The position numbers and the translations under genes were made by a program. A stretch of 64,000 bases of DNA from Clostridiales bacterium GWD2_32_19 (GTDB lineage: Bacteria > Bacillota > Clostridia > Lachnospirales > UBA12420): the NCBI GenBank assembly GCA_001795385.1, contig MGOU01000022.1, forward strand, positions 33,566 through 97,565, in the 5' to 3' direction. This document shows positions 27,336-35,608 of this stretch, one piece after another. A model generated the notes under the pieces. That model ran no database searches. It had not been told where the DNA came from and saw only the letters and a list, made by a program, of their open reading frames with translations. Every line of letters begins with the position of its first letter. Positions within the stretch are counted from its first letter, which is position 1.

Positions 27336-28666
27336 AAAAAATAAGTAATATATTAAAAAATATTAATACCAAATACGCAAGTAGTTTTATATTATACTAT
27401 ATATTGACAGCGTTTCTTCTTATGGTAATAGGAAGTGCCTTACATGGAATAATCTTTGAATTCAGAATAAATGGAATTGAAAATGATGGTATATTATTAA
27501 ATGTCATAAATGTTACAGGTATATTACTTGCATTTGCATTAGCCTTGAGAATTACCGATAAAACATTCTTTGAAAACGAAGAAACTACAGAAAAAGAGAA
27601 AGAGAACTTACATGATTTTAGGCTCAAACTTATAGTAACTATATTTATAGGTGTAGGGTTACAACAATTTATTGAACTTAATTGGTTAATTGCTAAAGAT
27701 CAAAAAATAGATAGTATACTAGGTAAAAGTGTAGCCCAGTATAATGAATTATACATATTCAGTACATTTTTTATTAAGCAAGTAGTAATTGGTATTGGGT
27801 ACTTTGTAATATATAAATTCATAAAAATTGGAGTGCGAAAAGGAAAAGTAAGAAAAATATTGATTTTACCAGTAATTAATTTTTTAATTCTTGCTGCATT
27901 AAATTTAATTGATAGTCAATATCCAATATACTTAGGGTACTTTAGTGAAGTAAGAACTTATTACATTTTTCTAATAATAGCAGTTGGCATTATATACTCT
28001 GTCACAACAATTAAAGATAATTATGAAATAACTGATATGAAAAATAGATACAAAGAGTTTTTGAATAGCTATACAAAAGGAATATTAATGATGCTTGTAC
28101 CTCTTGTTGCAATGGGTATTATAATGTTACCATTTTATAAGAACGAGGATATATTATCTTGGTTAGTTATTACATTTGTTTATGAGGCAATTATTTACTC
28201 AGCATATGCTTTGCTTTTGAAAATATATAAGTCAATGTTATCAAGATTAATAGGGGTATTCGCATACGGGATAGTACTTACGGTTATATTTACTATAATA
28301 TTTGGAACTCCAGAGCAGTCGCCAATGATTCAATTGTCTAATATAGGAGATACAGAACTTTCGTGGTGTATAGTATATTATATTATTATAATTTTTAATA
28401 GTATAATAGCAAGTATACTGTATGCAAAGAGTAAATGGATAGATAAAAATAAAATAGCACGAATGGCTATATGGATATTAAAAATAATAAATATACTAGC
28501 ACTAGCTACTATGGGCACTATTGCATTAGCGTATGGTTTTAATTATAATAATGTAGTTATGATGATTATTACAGGAATTGTCTTAGTCATAGTTATAGGA
28601 TTACTGGTAGAAATGACAGATAGAAAGACAATTAAAATATTTAATAAAAGTATAAACAATATATAA
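27332..28666 (+). CDS. Hypothetical polytopic membrane protein
   Basis: ATGA start/stop overlap with the upstream gene. At least 10 hydrophobic segments. No recognised family. Confidence 0.6.
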   Translation: MKKISNILKNINTKYASSFILYYILTAFLLMVIGSALHGIIFEFRINGIENDGILLNVINVTGILLAFALALRITDKTFFENEETTEKEKENLHDFRLKLIVTIFIGVGLQQFIELNWLIAKDQKIDSILGKSVAQYNELYIFSTFFIKQVVIGIGYFVIYKFIKIGVRKGKVRKILILPVINFLILAALNLIDSQYPIYLGYFSEVRTYYIFLIIAVGIIYSVTTIKDNYEITDMKNRYKEFLNSYTKGILMMLVPLVAMGIIMLPFYKNEDILSWLVITFVYEAIIYSAYALLLKIYKSMLSRLIGVFAYGIVLTVIFTIIFGTPEQSPMIQLSNIGDTELSWCIVYYIIIIFNSIIASILYAKSKWIDKNKIARMAIWILKIINILALATMGTIALAYGFNYNNVVMMIITGIVLVIVIGLLVEMTDRKTIKIFNKSINNI

Positions 28667-28671
28667 CACCA

Positions 28672-28708
28672 AAAGCTAGGGTTTGTTTGAAATGTACCCT
28701 AGCTTTTT
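28672..28708 (+). terminator. Rho-independent terminator
   Basis: aaagctagggt / accctagcttt 11-bp stem followed by a T-run. Confidence 0.8.
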
Positions 28709-28861
28709 ATGGTAGTGCAAGCGAGCTGAACTTATGCCCGTTTCTTATTACCAGTTGTTTCAACTAACTTATTGATAACTTCATATTTGTCTGTTCATTA
28801 GTCCTTAACTAAACCTTTCTGTTAATAATCACCTCTTGAATATCATTATACTATATTAGTT

Positions 28862-28880
28862 TGGTAATATATGAATACCA
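28862..28880. repeat. 19-nt direct repeat / palindromic box, copy 2
   Basis: Identical to 25848-25866. Lies 86 nt upstream of the 28966 gene. Confidence 0.85.
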
Positions 28881-28965
28881 TCATAAAAGTAAGGCTAATG
28901 TCTTGCTTTTTTTGTTTTTTTGTTGTAAAATAGATTATACTGCTTGAATTGATGGAGGAATAATC

Positions 28966-30252
28966 ATGGAAAAGTTATTTGGTCAATTAAATCAAACGAC
29001 ACTATTAACTGTTATACATAGGTTAGTAACTGTTATATTTTATTTTGTAAATAGTTTTTTAGTGGTATATTTTTTGAAAGCAACAAATTGGAATATAAAA
29101 ATTATATCTATATATTATATTATATCTTATATAGCGATGTTTGTTTGTTTCTATACTTTAGGGTATTATATAACTAATAAAGGCGTATTAAAATTATATA
29201 GGATAGGTATAATATTTCAACTTGTTCAGCTTTTTATTGTACTTTATCTAAAGAAGGATATAGCAACATTTATGATTCCATTAGGAATTTTGGCAGGTAT
29301 TGTTGGAGGATGTTATTGGATACCAAGGCATTTATTAGTGTATAGCTTAAATAAATCATCGAAAGTAAGTAAATTTTTCTGTATAGATGTTGCAATTGAT
29401 AAAATACAAACTATACTAATACCTATAGTTATGGGTGGAATAATAGGACTTAGTAATAATCATTATTCACCACTTATTATGATACTCATAGGAATACTTA
29501 GTTTAGCATTATCGTTTTCTACATTAATAGATATTAAGGAAATAGATGTACATAATTTGAGGATATCTAAAATAAAAGAATTTTTGCAACAATCGAAGTT
29601 TGATAAGATAGGTAGAATGTATATATCAGAATTTTTTTCAGGGCTTACTAGTTCTGGAATACTAAGTATAGTTGTAGTTATATTAACTTTTCATATGTAT
29701 AAATCTGAATTAAACTTAGGAATATATAATTCATCGGTCGCTTTTATTACTGTAATAGTAATGATTGGTACTATAAAATATTTAAAAGATAGTAATTTTA
29801 AAGTAATATTAGAAATTATGGGTATTTTAACACTATTTGTTTGTATGATGCTCATATATATGACAAATGATGTAACTTTTCTTATATTTAATATTATTAC
29901 AGGAATATCATTTTCGGTTATTCAAATAGTGGGAGATTCAAATATAGTGAAACTTTTAAGACAAAAAGAAACAAAAAAATACATTTTGGAGAATATTATA
30001 CTCAGAGACTTAAGTCTTAATGTAGGAAGAGTAATAGGTTTTAGTATATTATTTTACGCTAGTGATATATTAAATAATATAAATTCAATGAGGATTGTAC
30101 TCGCTTTTATAACTATAGGAATAGTTATGAGAATTGTTTTTATGAATGGTGCATTAATGATTAAAGATGAGCATACAGAACATCATTTAATTAACTTTAA
30201 ATATGTTAATAGAGCTATGAATTTCTTGCTTTCTAAAAAAAAGTTATTTTAA
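28966..30252 (+). CDS. Polytopic membrane protein, MFS-transporter-like
   Basis: About 12 hydrophobic segments in a 6+6 layout with a central charged loop (KEIDVHNLRISKIKEFLQQSK). RBS ggagg. Confidence 0.5.
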   Translation: MEKLFGQLNQTTLLTVIHRLVTVIFYFVNSFLVVYFLKATNWNIKIISIYYIISYIAMFVCFYTLGYYITNKGVLKLYRIGIIFQLVQLFIVLYLKKDIATFMIPLGILAGIVGGCYWIPRHLLVYSLNKSSKVSKFFCIDVAIDKIQTILIPIVMGGIIGLSNNHYSPLIMILIGILSLALSFSTLIDIKEIDVHNLRISKIKEFLQQSKFDKIGRMYISEFFSGLTSSGILSIVVVILTFHMYKSELNLGIYNSSVAFITVIVMIGTIKYLKDSNFKVILEIMGILTLFVCMMLIYMTNDVTFLIFNIITGISFSVIQIVGDSNIVKLLRQKETKKYILENIILRDLSLNVGRVIGFSILFYASDILNNINSMRIVLAFITIGIVMRIVFMNGALMIKDEHTEHHLINFKYVNRAMNFLLSKKKLF

Positions 30253-30253
30253 A

Positions 30254-30286
30254 GGTCAAATTTGTAAAAACCAAATTGACTTTTTT
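30254..30286 (+). terminator. Rho-independent terminator
   Basis: gtcaaatttg / caaattgac stem followed by tttttt. Confidence 0.75.
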
Positions 30287-30432
30287 AGATTTTTCTTGTA
30301 AAATAGGAATATGAGTAATATATTACTGCGTAATGTAGTGAAATGGTGGTATAGTTGTAAAAAATATTTACTACAGCGAAGCAACTAGGCTTACGGCATA
30401 TCACATGCGAAGCGTTCTAGGGGGGATTTGAA

Positions 30433-31113
30433 TTGATAATACTAGATAATGTTACTAAGATATATGAAAACAGTGCAGTTGGAGTAAAAAATATAAATTT
30501 AAAAATAAAAGAAGGTGAGTTTGTATTTATAGTAGGTAATACAGGTTCAGGTAAATCTACTATACTTAGATTACTTCTAAAAGAAATAGAACCTTCAAAT
30601 GGAACAATTATTATAGGAGATAAAGATATTACTAAAATGTCAAAGGAAAGTATTCCTTATTTTAGACGAGAACTAGGAGTTGTATTTCAAGATTTTAAAT
30701 TATTTGAGAATAAGACTGTTTTTGAGAATGTTGCATTTGCAATGAAAGTGATAGAGGAATCTCCCAGAAATATAAGAAGAACAGTACCTAATGTTTTATC
30801 TACAATGGGACTTGAGAACAAGGCAAGATGTTATCCAAAACAATTGTCTGGTGGAGAAAAACAAAGAACAGCAATAGGAAGAGCAATTTTGAATAATCCG
30901 AGTATATTACTTGCGGACGAGCCAACAGGAAACTTAGATCCAAAAACATCTTGGGACATAATGAAAGTATTAGAAGAGATAAATAAAAATGGAACAACAG
31001 TTATAGTGGTTACGCACAATCAGGAAATAGTAAATAGTATGCAAAAAAGAGTAATTCAGCTTAAAGATGCAAAAATAATAAGAGATGTAGTTAAAGGTGG
31101 GTATGAAGAATGA
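30433..31113 (+). CDS. ftsE: Cell-division ABC ATPase FtsE, TTG start
   Basis: Walker [10 protein letters not shown], signature LSGGEKQR, Walker [12 protein letters not shown]. Followed by ftsX. Confidence 0.92.
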   Translation: MIILDNVTKIYENSAVGVKNINLKIKEGEFVFIVGNTGSGKSTILRLLLKEIEPSNGTIIIGDKDITKMSKESIPYFRRELGVVFQDFKLFENKTVFENVAFAMKVIEESPRNIRRTVPNVLSTMGLENKARCYPKQLSGGEKQRTAIGRAILNNPSILLADEPTGNLDPKTSWDIMKVLEEINKNGTTVIVVTHNQEIVNSMQKRVIQLKDAKIIRDVVKGGYEE

Positions 31114-32018
31114 AAATACTATCATTTAGTCACTTTATTCATGAAGGTTTCGAAAGTATATTTAAAAATAAATCAATGGCCTTTGCATCCATTGCCACTA
31201 CTACTGTGTGTATATTTATGTTAGGAATTGCTTTTCTTACAATGGAGAATATAGAATATAATGTTGAAAATATAGAAACTGGAATTAATATAACAGCTTT
31301 TCTAGATGAAAATATGATAGAAGAGGAAATAGATCAATTAAAAGGAATAATTTTAAAAAGTCCTCAAATAGAGTCTATCGATTATGTATCAAAAGATGAA
31401 GCAATGAAGAGATTTATAGGAGATGAAAATTTGCCAAATGATCCAGAGTTGCTTAATGACTTAAAGGAGGACAACCCACTTAGGGCATCTTTTGAAATAA
31501 AACTTAGGAATAATAAAGATGAGCAAGTTGTAATAGAACTATTATCAAAAATAAAACAAATAGTAAAGATAAACACTCCTAAAGAAGCTATGCAACTACT
31601 AATAAACTTAAAGAATTTTATACAGGCAACTAGTGCAGTAATCATAATAATTCTTGTCGTAGTAGGTGTAATACTAATAGGTAATACGATACAATTAACC
31701 GTGCATATAAGGAAAAACGAGATAAGGATTATGAAATATATAGGTGCAACGGATTGGTTTGTAAGATGGCCGTTTGTTATTGAAGGATTATTTATTGGAT
31801 TTTTAGGAACATTAATACCCTTAATAACTTTGTTTTTCACATATAACTTTTTTGTAAACATATTTAAGCAGGCACTTTCAATAAATGAGGAAAGTTTGAT
31901 ATCTTTTATGCCAGTGCTTGAAATTTATCAAAGTCTAGTACCAGCAGCATTAATATTAGGGCTTGGAATGGGTATAGTAGGAAGCTTAATAATAATAAGA
32001 AAACATTTAAGAGTGTAA
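31110..32018 (+). CDS. ftsX: Cell-division permease-like protein FtsX
   Basis: TM1, extracellular domain, then three C-terminal TMs. ATGA overlap with ftsE. Confidence 0.9.
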   Translation: MKILSFSHFIHEGFESIFKNKSMAFASIATTTVCIFMLGIAFLTMENIEYNVENIETGINITAFLDENMIEEEIDQLKGIILKSPQIESIDYVSKDEAMKRFIGDENLPNDPELLNDLKEDNPLRASFEIKLRNNKDEQVVIELLSKIKQIVKINTPKEAMQLLINLKNFIQATSAVIIIILVVVGVILIGNTIQLTVHIRKNEIRIMKYIGATDWFVRWPFVIEGLFIGFLGTLIPLITLFFTYNFFVNIFKQALSINEESLISFMPVLEIYQSLVPAALILGLGMGIVGSLIIIRKHLRV

Positions 32019-32095
32019 AGTTTAATTAATAAATGGGTAGTGAGTTCCCCTCACTCTTTGCTTTAGTGAGAGTGAAAATAAAAGGAGATGAATGT

Positions 32096-33226
32096 ATGAA
32101 TAAAATAACAAAAGTTGCAAAAATAATAAGTTTTTCATTGATTATTATATTAACATTAAACACTGTTATATTTGCATCAAGTTATAATGCGAAAAAGAGT
32201 AGTGTTGATGCAAATATAAAGAATACTAAAACAAAATTAACACAAACAAAGAGTAAGAAAAATAATGTAATAGATCAGATAGAAAACCTAGAGCAAGATA
32301 TGGAGACAGTAAATAATCAATTAGATAATTTGGATGATTCGCTTAAAACTGAACAAGAAAAGTTGAGACAGGCTCAAGTAAGATTAAGTGAAGCAACAAA
32401 TGAAAAAGAGATGCAAAAAGAAAAATTAAAGAAACGTATACGATATATGTATGAAACACCTAAAACTAGATATATTGAATTGTTACTTAAGGCGAAAAGT
32501 TTTGATCAGTTTTATAATAGAACATATTATATAAATGAGATTGTAGATCATGATAGAACAATAGTTGACAAATTAGTAAAGAATGTGTTAAACATAGATG
32601 AGTCGAAAAAGGAAATAGAAAAATCAAAACTTGCTGTTCAATTATTAAAAACTGATCAATTAAATAAAAAGCATGCTATAGAAGAAACTAAAGAGAAAAA
32701 GGCAACAATTCTTATAACCCTTACTGAAGAAGAAAAAAAATATATGCAAGAATTAAACGAGTTAGAAGCGGAATCTAATAAAATAGAAAGAGCACTTAGA
32801 GAACAATTGAAAGGAAGTACTAAAAAATATATTGGTGGTAAATTTACATGGCCAGTACCAAATAATTATCGAATTAGTTCATCGTTTGGATACAGAATAC
32901 ATCCTATATCTAAAGTTAAAAAGTTGCATACAGGTATAGACATACCAGCTGCAACAGGTGTTAAAATTGCTGCGGCGGCAGATGGAACAGTTCTTTCAGC
33001 ATCGTACATAACAGGGTACGGATATACTGTAATGATAAACCACGGTAGTGGCTTAACAACTTTATACGGTCATAATTCAGAGCTTACAGTTAAAAAAGGC
33101 GATGAAGTAAAAAAGGGAGACCGGATAGCAAAAGCAGGTAGCACTGGATACTCAACAGGGCCTCATAGTCACTTTGAAGTTAGGATGAACGGTACACCAG
33201 TGAACCCGATGACATACTTTAATTAG
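32096..33226 (+). CDS. Coiled-coil M23 peptidoglycan metalloendopeptidase (EnvC-like)
   Basis: Signal/TM region, long coiled coil, M23 motifs HTGIDI and GSTGYSTGPHSHFEV. Start at the ATG preceded by ggagatg. Confidence 0.88.
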   Translation: MNKITKVAKIISFSLIIILTLNTVIFASSYNAKKSSVDANIKNTKTKLTQTKSKKNNVIDQIENLEQDMETVNNQLDNLDDSLKTEQEKLRQAQVRLSEATNEKEMQKEKLKKRIRYMYETPKTRYIELLLKAKSFDQFYNRTYYINEIVDHDRTIVDKLVKNVLNIDESKKEIEKSKLAVQLLKTDQLNKKHAIEETKEKKATILITLTEEEKKYMQELNELEAESNKIERALREQLKGSTKKYIGGKFTWPVPNNYRISSSFGYRIHPISKVKKLHTGIDIPAATGVKIAAAADGTVLSASYITGYGYTVMINHGSGLTTLYGHNSELTVKKGDEVKKGDRIAKAGSTGYSTGPHSHFEVRMNGTPVNPMTYFN

Positions 33227-33313
33227 TATAATACGCATATAATTTTAAAATTGTAAATAAACTATATATAAATAATTGTGTATTGTAAAATGTTCACTGT
33301 AAAAACGGAGGTT

Positions 33314-34567
33314 ATGATGATAGAAAATTCTAGCGACGAAGCAAATAAAGGCGAAGAAATTAAGCAAAACATGATTGAACCTAAAAAAATCAAAAAAGAA
33401 GCATATTATAATTATTTTATAGGTTTCTTGTCAGCTATATTGGTGATGATTACATTTAACAATATTAATAAAATAATAATTAGTTATGATGCAGACGAGG
33501 TACAATCTGGCAAGGTACAAAATAAATTAAACCTCATTGATAAATACTTGAAAGAATATTATGTAGATAATGTAAATAATGAAAAAGTAGAAGAAGGTAT
33601 TTATAAGGGTATGTTATATGGGGTTGGAGATCCTTATACTAGTTATTTCACAAAAAATGAAATTGACAAATTTACTGAACAAATGTCAGGACAATATGCA
33701 GGGATAGGAGTTGTGGTAGAGACAGACCCTGAGACTAGATTGTTGACAATTACAACAGTGTTTGAGGGAGCACCAGGAGCAAAAGCTGGACTACTAATTG
33801 GTGATAAAATAATAAAAGTAAATGAAGAAGACATAACTTTAATGCCAGTAGAATCAGTAATCCAGAGAATAAAAGGAAAAGCAGGAACAAAGCTTATGTT
33901 AAGTGTACTTAGAGAAACTGAAAGTCTTGACATTGAGCTTGTTCGAAAATTAGTTGAAATACCTACTGTAAAGTATAGGGTTTTAAAAGACAATATGGGG
34001 TATATACAAATAGTATCTTTTGATCAAATCACGATATCTCAGTTTGATGAAGCATTAAAGAGTCTAAAGGAAAAGAATATAAAGTCATTAATAATTGATG
34101 TAAGAAATAATCCAGGTGGCGCACTTGAAACGGTTATTAGTATAGCAGATACAATTTTACCGAAAGGTCTAATAATGTACACAGAAGAAAAAAGTGGGCA
34201 AGGACGTACATATGAATCTGATGAGAGAAGTTTAAATATGCCTCTGGCTGTTTTGGTAAATGAAAATAGTGCAAGCGCATCAGAAGTACTTGCAGGTGCC
34301 ATAAAAGCTCACAAAGTCGGTATTTTAGTAGGAACAAAAACCTTTGGTAAGGGAGTAGTTCAAAAGATATTTCCTCTTTCGGATGGGAGTGCTTTAAAAA
34401 TAACAATATCAAAATATTTCACACCAGATAAGGTTTGCATACAAGGAATAGGTATAGAACCAAATTATACAGTAGAACTACCAAAAGAGATAAAAAATAA
34501 AATATCATTAACTGATAAAGAAGATGTGCAATTACAAAAAGCCATTGAATTGTTGAAGACTAAGTAA
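33314..34567 (+). CDS. ctpA: Carboxy-terminal processing protease (S41) with PDZ domain
   Basis: PDZ (GAPGAKAGLLIGDKI), RNNPGG, SASASEV, TFGKG motifs. Start after ggagg. Confidence 0.9.
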   Translation: MMIENSSDEANKGEEIKQNMIEPKKIKKEAYYNYFIGFLSAILVMITFNNINKIIISYDADEVQSGKVQNKLNLIDKYLKEYYVDNVNNEKVEEGIYKGMLYGVGDPYTSYFTKNEIDKFTEQMSGQYAGIGVVVETDPETRLLTITTVFEGAPGAKAGLLIGDKIIKVNEEDITLMPVESVIQRIKGKAGTKLMLSVLRETESLDIELVRKLVEIPTVKYRVLKDNMGYIQIVSFDQITISQFDEALKSLKEKNIKSLIIDVRNNPGGALETVISIADTILPKGLIMYTEEKSGQGRTYESDERSLNMPLAVLVNENSASASEVLAGAIKAHKVGILVGTKTFGKGVVQKIFPLSDGSALKITISKYFTPDKVCIQGIGIEPNYTVELPKEIKNKISLTDKEDVQLQKAIELLKTK

Positions 34568-34595
34568 CAAATATAGTAATTATTTAACCCCAAGG

Positions 34596-35321
34596 GTGTA
34601 TGGAATGGAAGAACATATAAGTAATATTATATTACAATATAATAAACCATTATTTTTAATAGCATATATAACACTAGTAACTTTTATGTACATGTCTGTG
34701 TACATAAAAACTACTAGTGTTTTTAATTACATAAAAGATATAACAGTTTGCCTAATTGTAGGAATATTTATAAGCATTCTAGGGGTAATGCTTAACTTGT
34801 ATATAATTCCATCAAGAGAATTGCTATTTTTAATTCCTATTATATTATTTTTATCATGCATAAATAAAAGATATGTTTGCTTAGCGTATTCAGGAGCAAT
34901 ATTATGTGTAATGAGCTTTTTGTTTTCGGGTATGCAAATAGATGTTAAAGGTATTATAGGATCAGTAGGAATATTTCATCTGATTGAAGCAATTATGATA
35001 TTACTAAAGACCGACTTAAAACAGTGTAAAAAAGAAGTATGTTGTAAAAATGGAAAGTTGATATCGGTAAATTTTATTGAAAGGTACTGGATGGTTCCAT
35101 TTGCTTTGAATTATTTTGGAGCAATTGTATTACCAATTGGATTTGCATTTGAGTATAAAAACAAAAAGAAAATATATTTTTGTGGAATAGAACTCTTAGT
35201 ATATGCGCTTACTCTTATATTTATATATGAAACGACATTGAAGTTAGACTATATGATATATGTAGGAATATTAGTAATGCCACTAATGCACGAGCTATTT
35301 GTTATTAAAAATAGGTTATAA
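34596..35321 (+). CDS. Hypothetical polytopic membrane protein
   Basis: Six to seven hydrophobic segments, no recognised family. The start is uncertain (GTG 34596 or ATG 34605). Confidence 0.5.
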   Translation: MYGMEEHISNIILQYNKPLFLIAYITLVTFMYMSVYIKTTSVFNYIKDITVCLIVGIFISILGVMLNLYIIPSRELLFLIPIILFLSCINKRYVCLAYSGAILCVMSFLFSGMQIDVKGIIGSVGIFHLIEAIMILLKTDLKQCKKEVCCKNGKLISVNFIERYWMVPFALNYFGAIVLPIGFAFEYKNKKKIYFCGIELLVYALTLIFIYETTLKLDYMIYVGILVMPLMHELFVIKNRL

Positions 35322-35323
35322 AT

Positions 35324-35486
35324 TTAATCTCTTTGGGTTTAATTTCCCGTCGGCTTGCCGCGTTCTTGTCATTGCGAGGAGGTTCTTTCGACGAAGCAAT
35401 CTCGTTTTTGAAAGATGAGATTGCTTCGCAAAAAACGCTCGCAATGACAACATGATACCCGTCGGCTTGCCGCGGGGAGATTCATT
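35324..35486 (+). repeat. GC-rich nested-hairpin dispersed repeat, copy C
   Basis: Differs from copy A by one substitution and one 1-nt deletion. Begins 3 nt after the stop codon. Confidence 0.9.
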
Positions 35487-35529
35487 GGTTATTGTTGTTA
35501 TGAAAGTAATGAAAATTTCTAAAAATGCA

Positions 35530-35558
35530 TTGACAAAGGGTGTATAGTTTGGTAGAAT
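35530..35558 (+). promoter_or_regulatory. Near-consensus extended -10 promoter of the Ca2+-ATPase gene
   Basis: TTGACA, 17 nt, TAGAAT, with upstream TG. Confidence 0.7.
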
Positions 35559-35608
35559 TCTAGTACTATAAGCGTTTTAAAAGGACAAAGAAAGAGGAGA
35601 ATTGTAAC

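Noticed and set aside
28713-28860. Possible remnant of a divergently transcribed HTH regulator on the - strand. It shows TATAAT, agaggtg, then short frames such as MNRQI* and YEVINKLVETTGNKKRA*VQLACTTIKS.
   Set aside because: All frames are broken by stops within 25 codons or fewer, and the resemblance to an XRE-type HTH is too weak to call a pseudogene without a database search.
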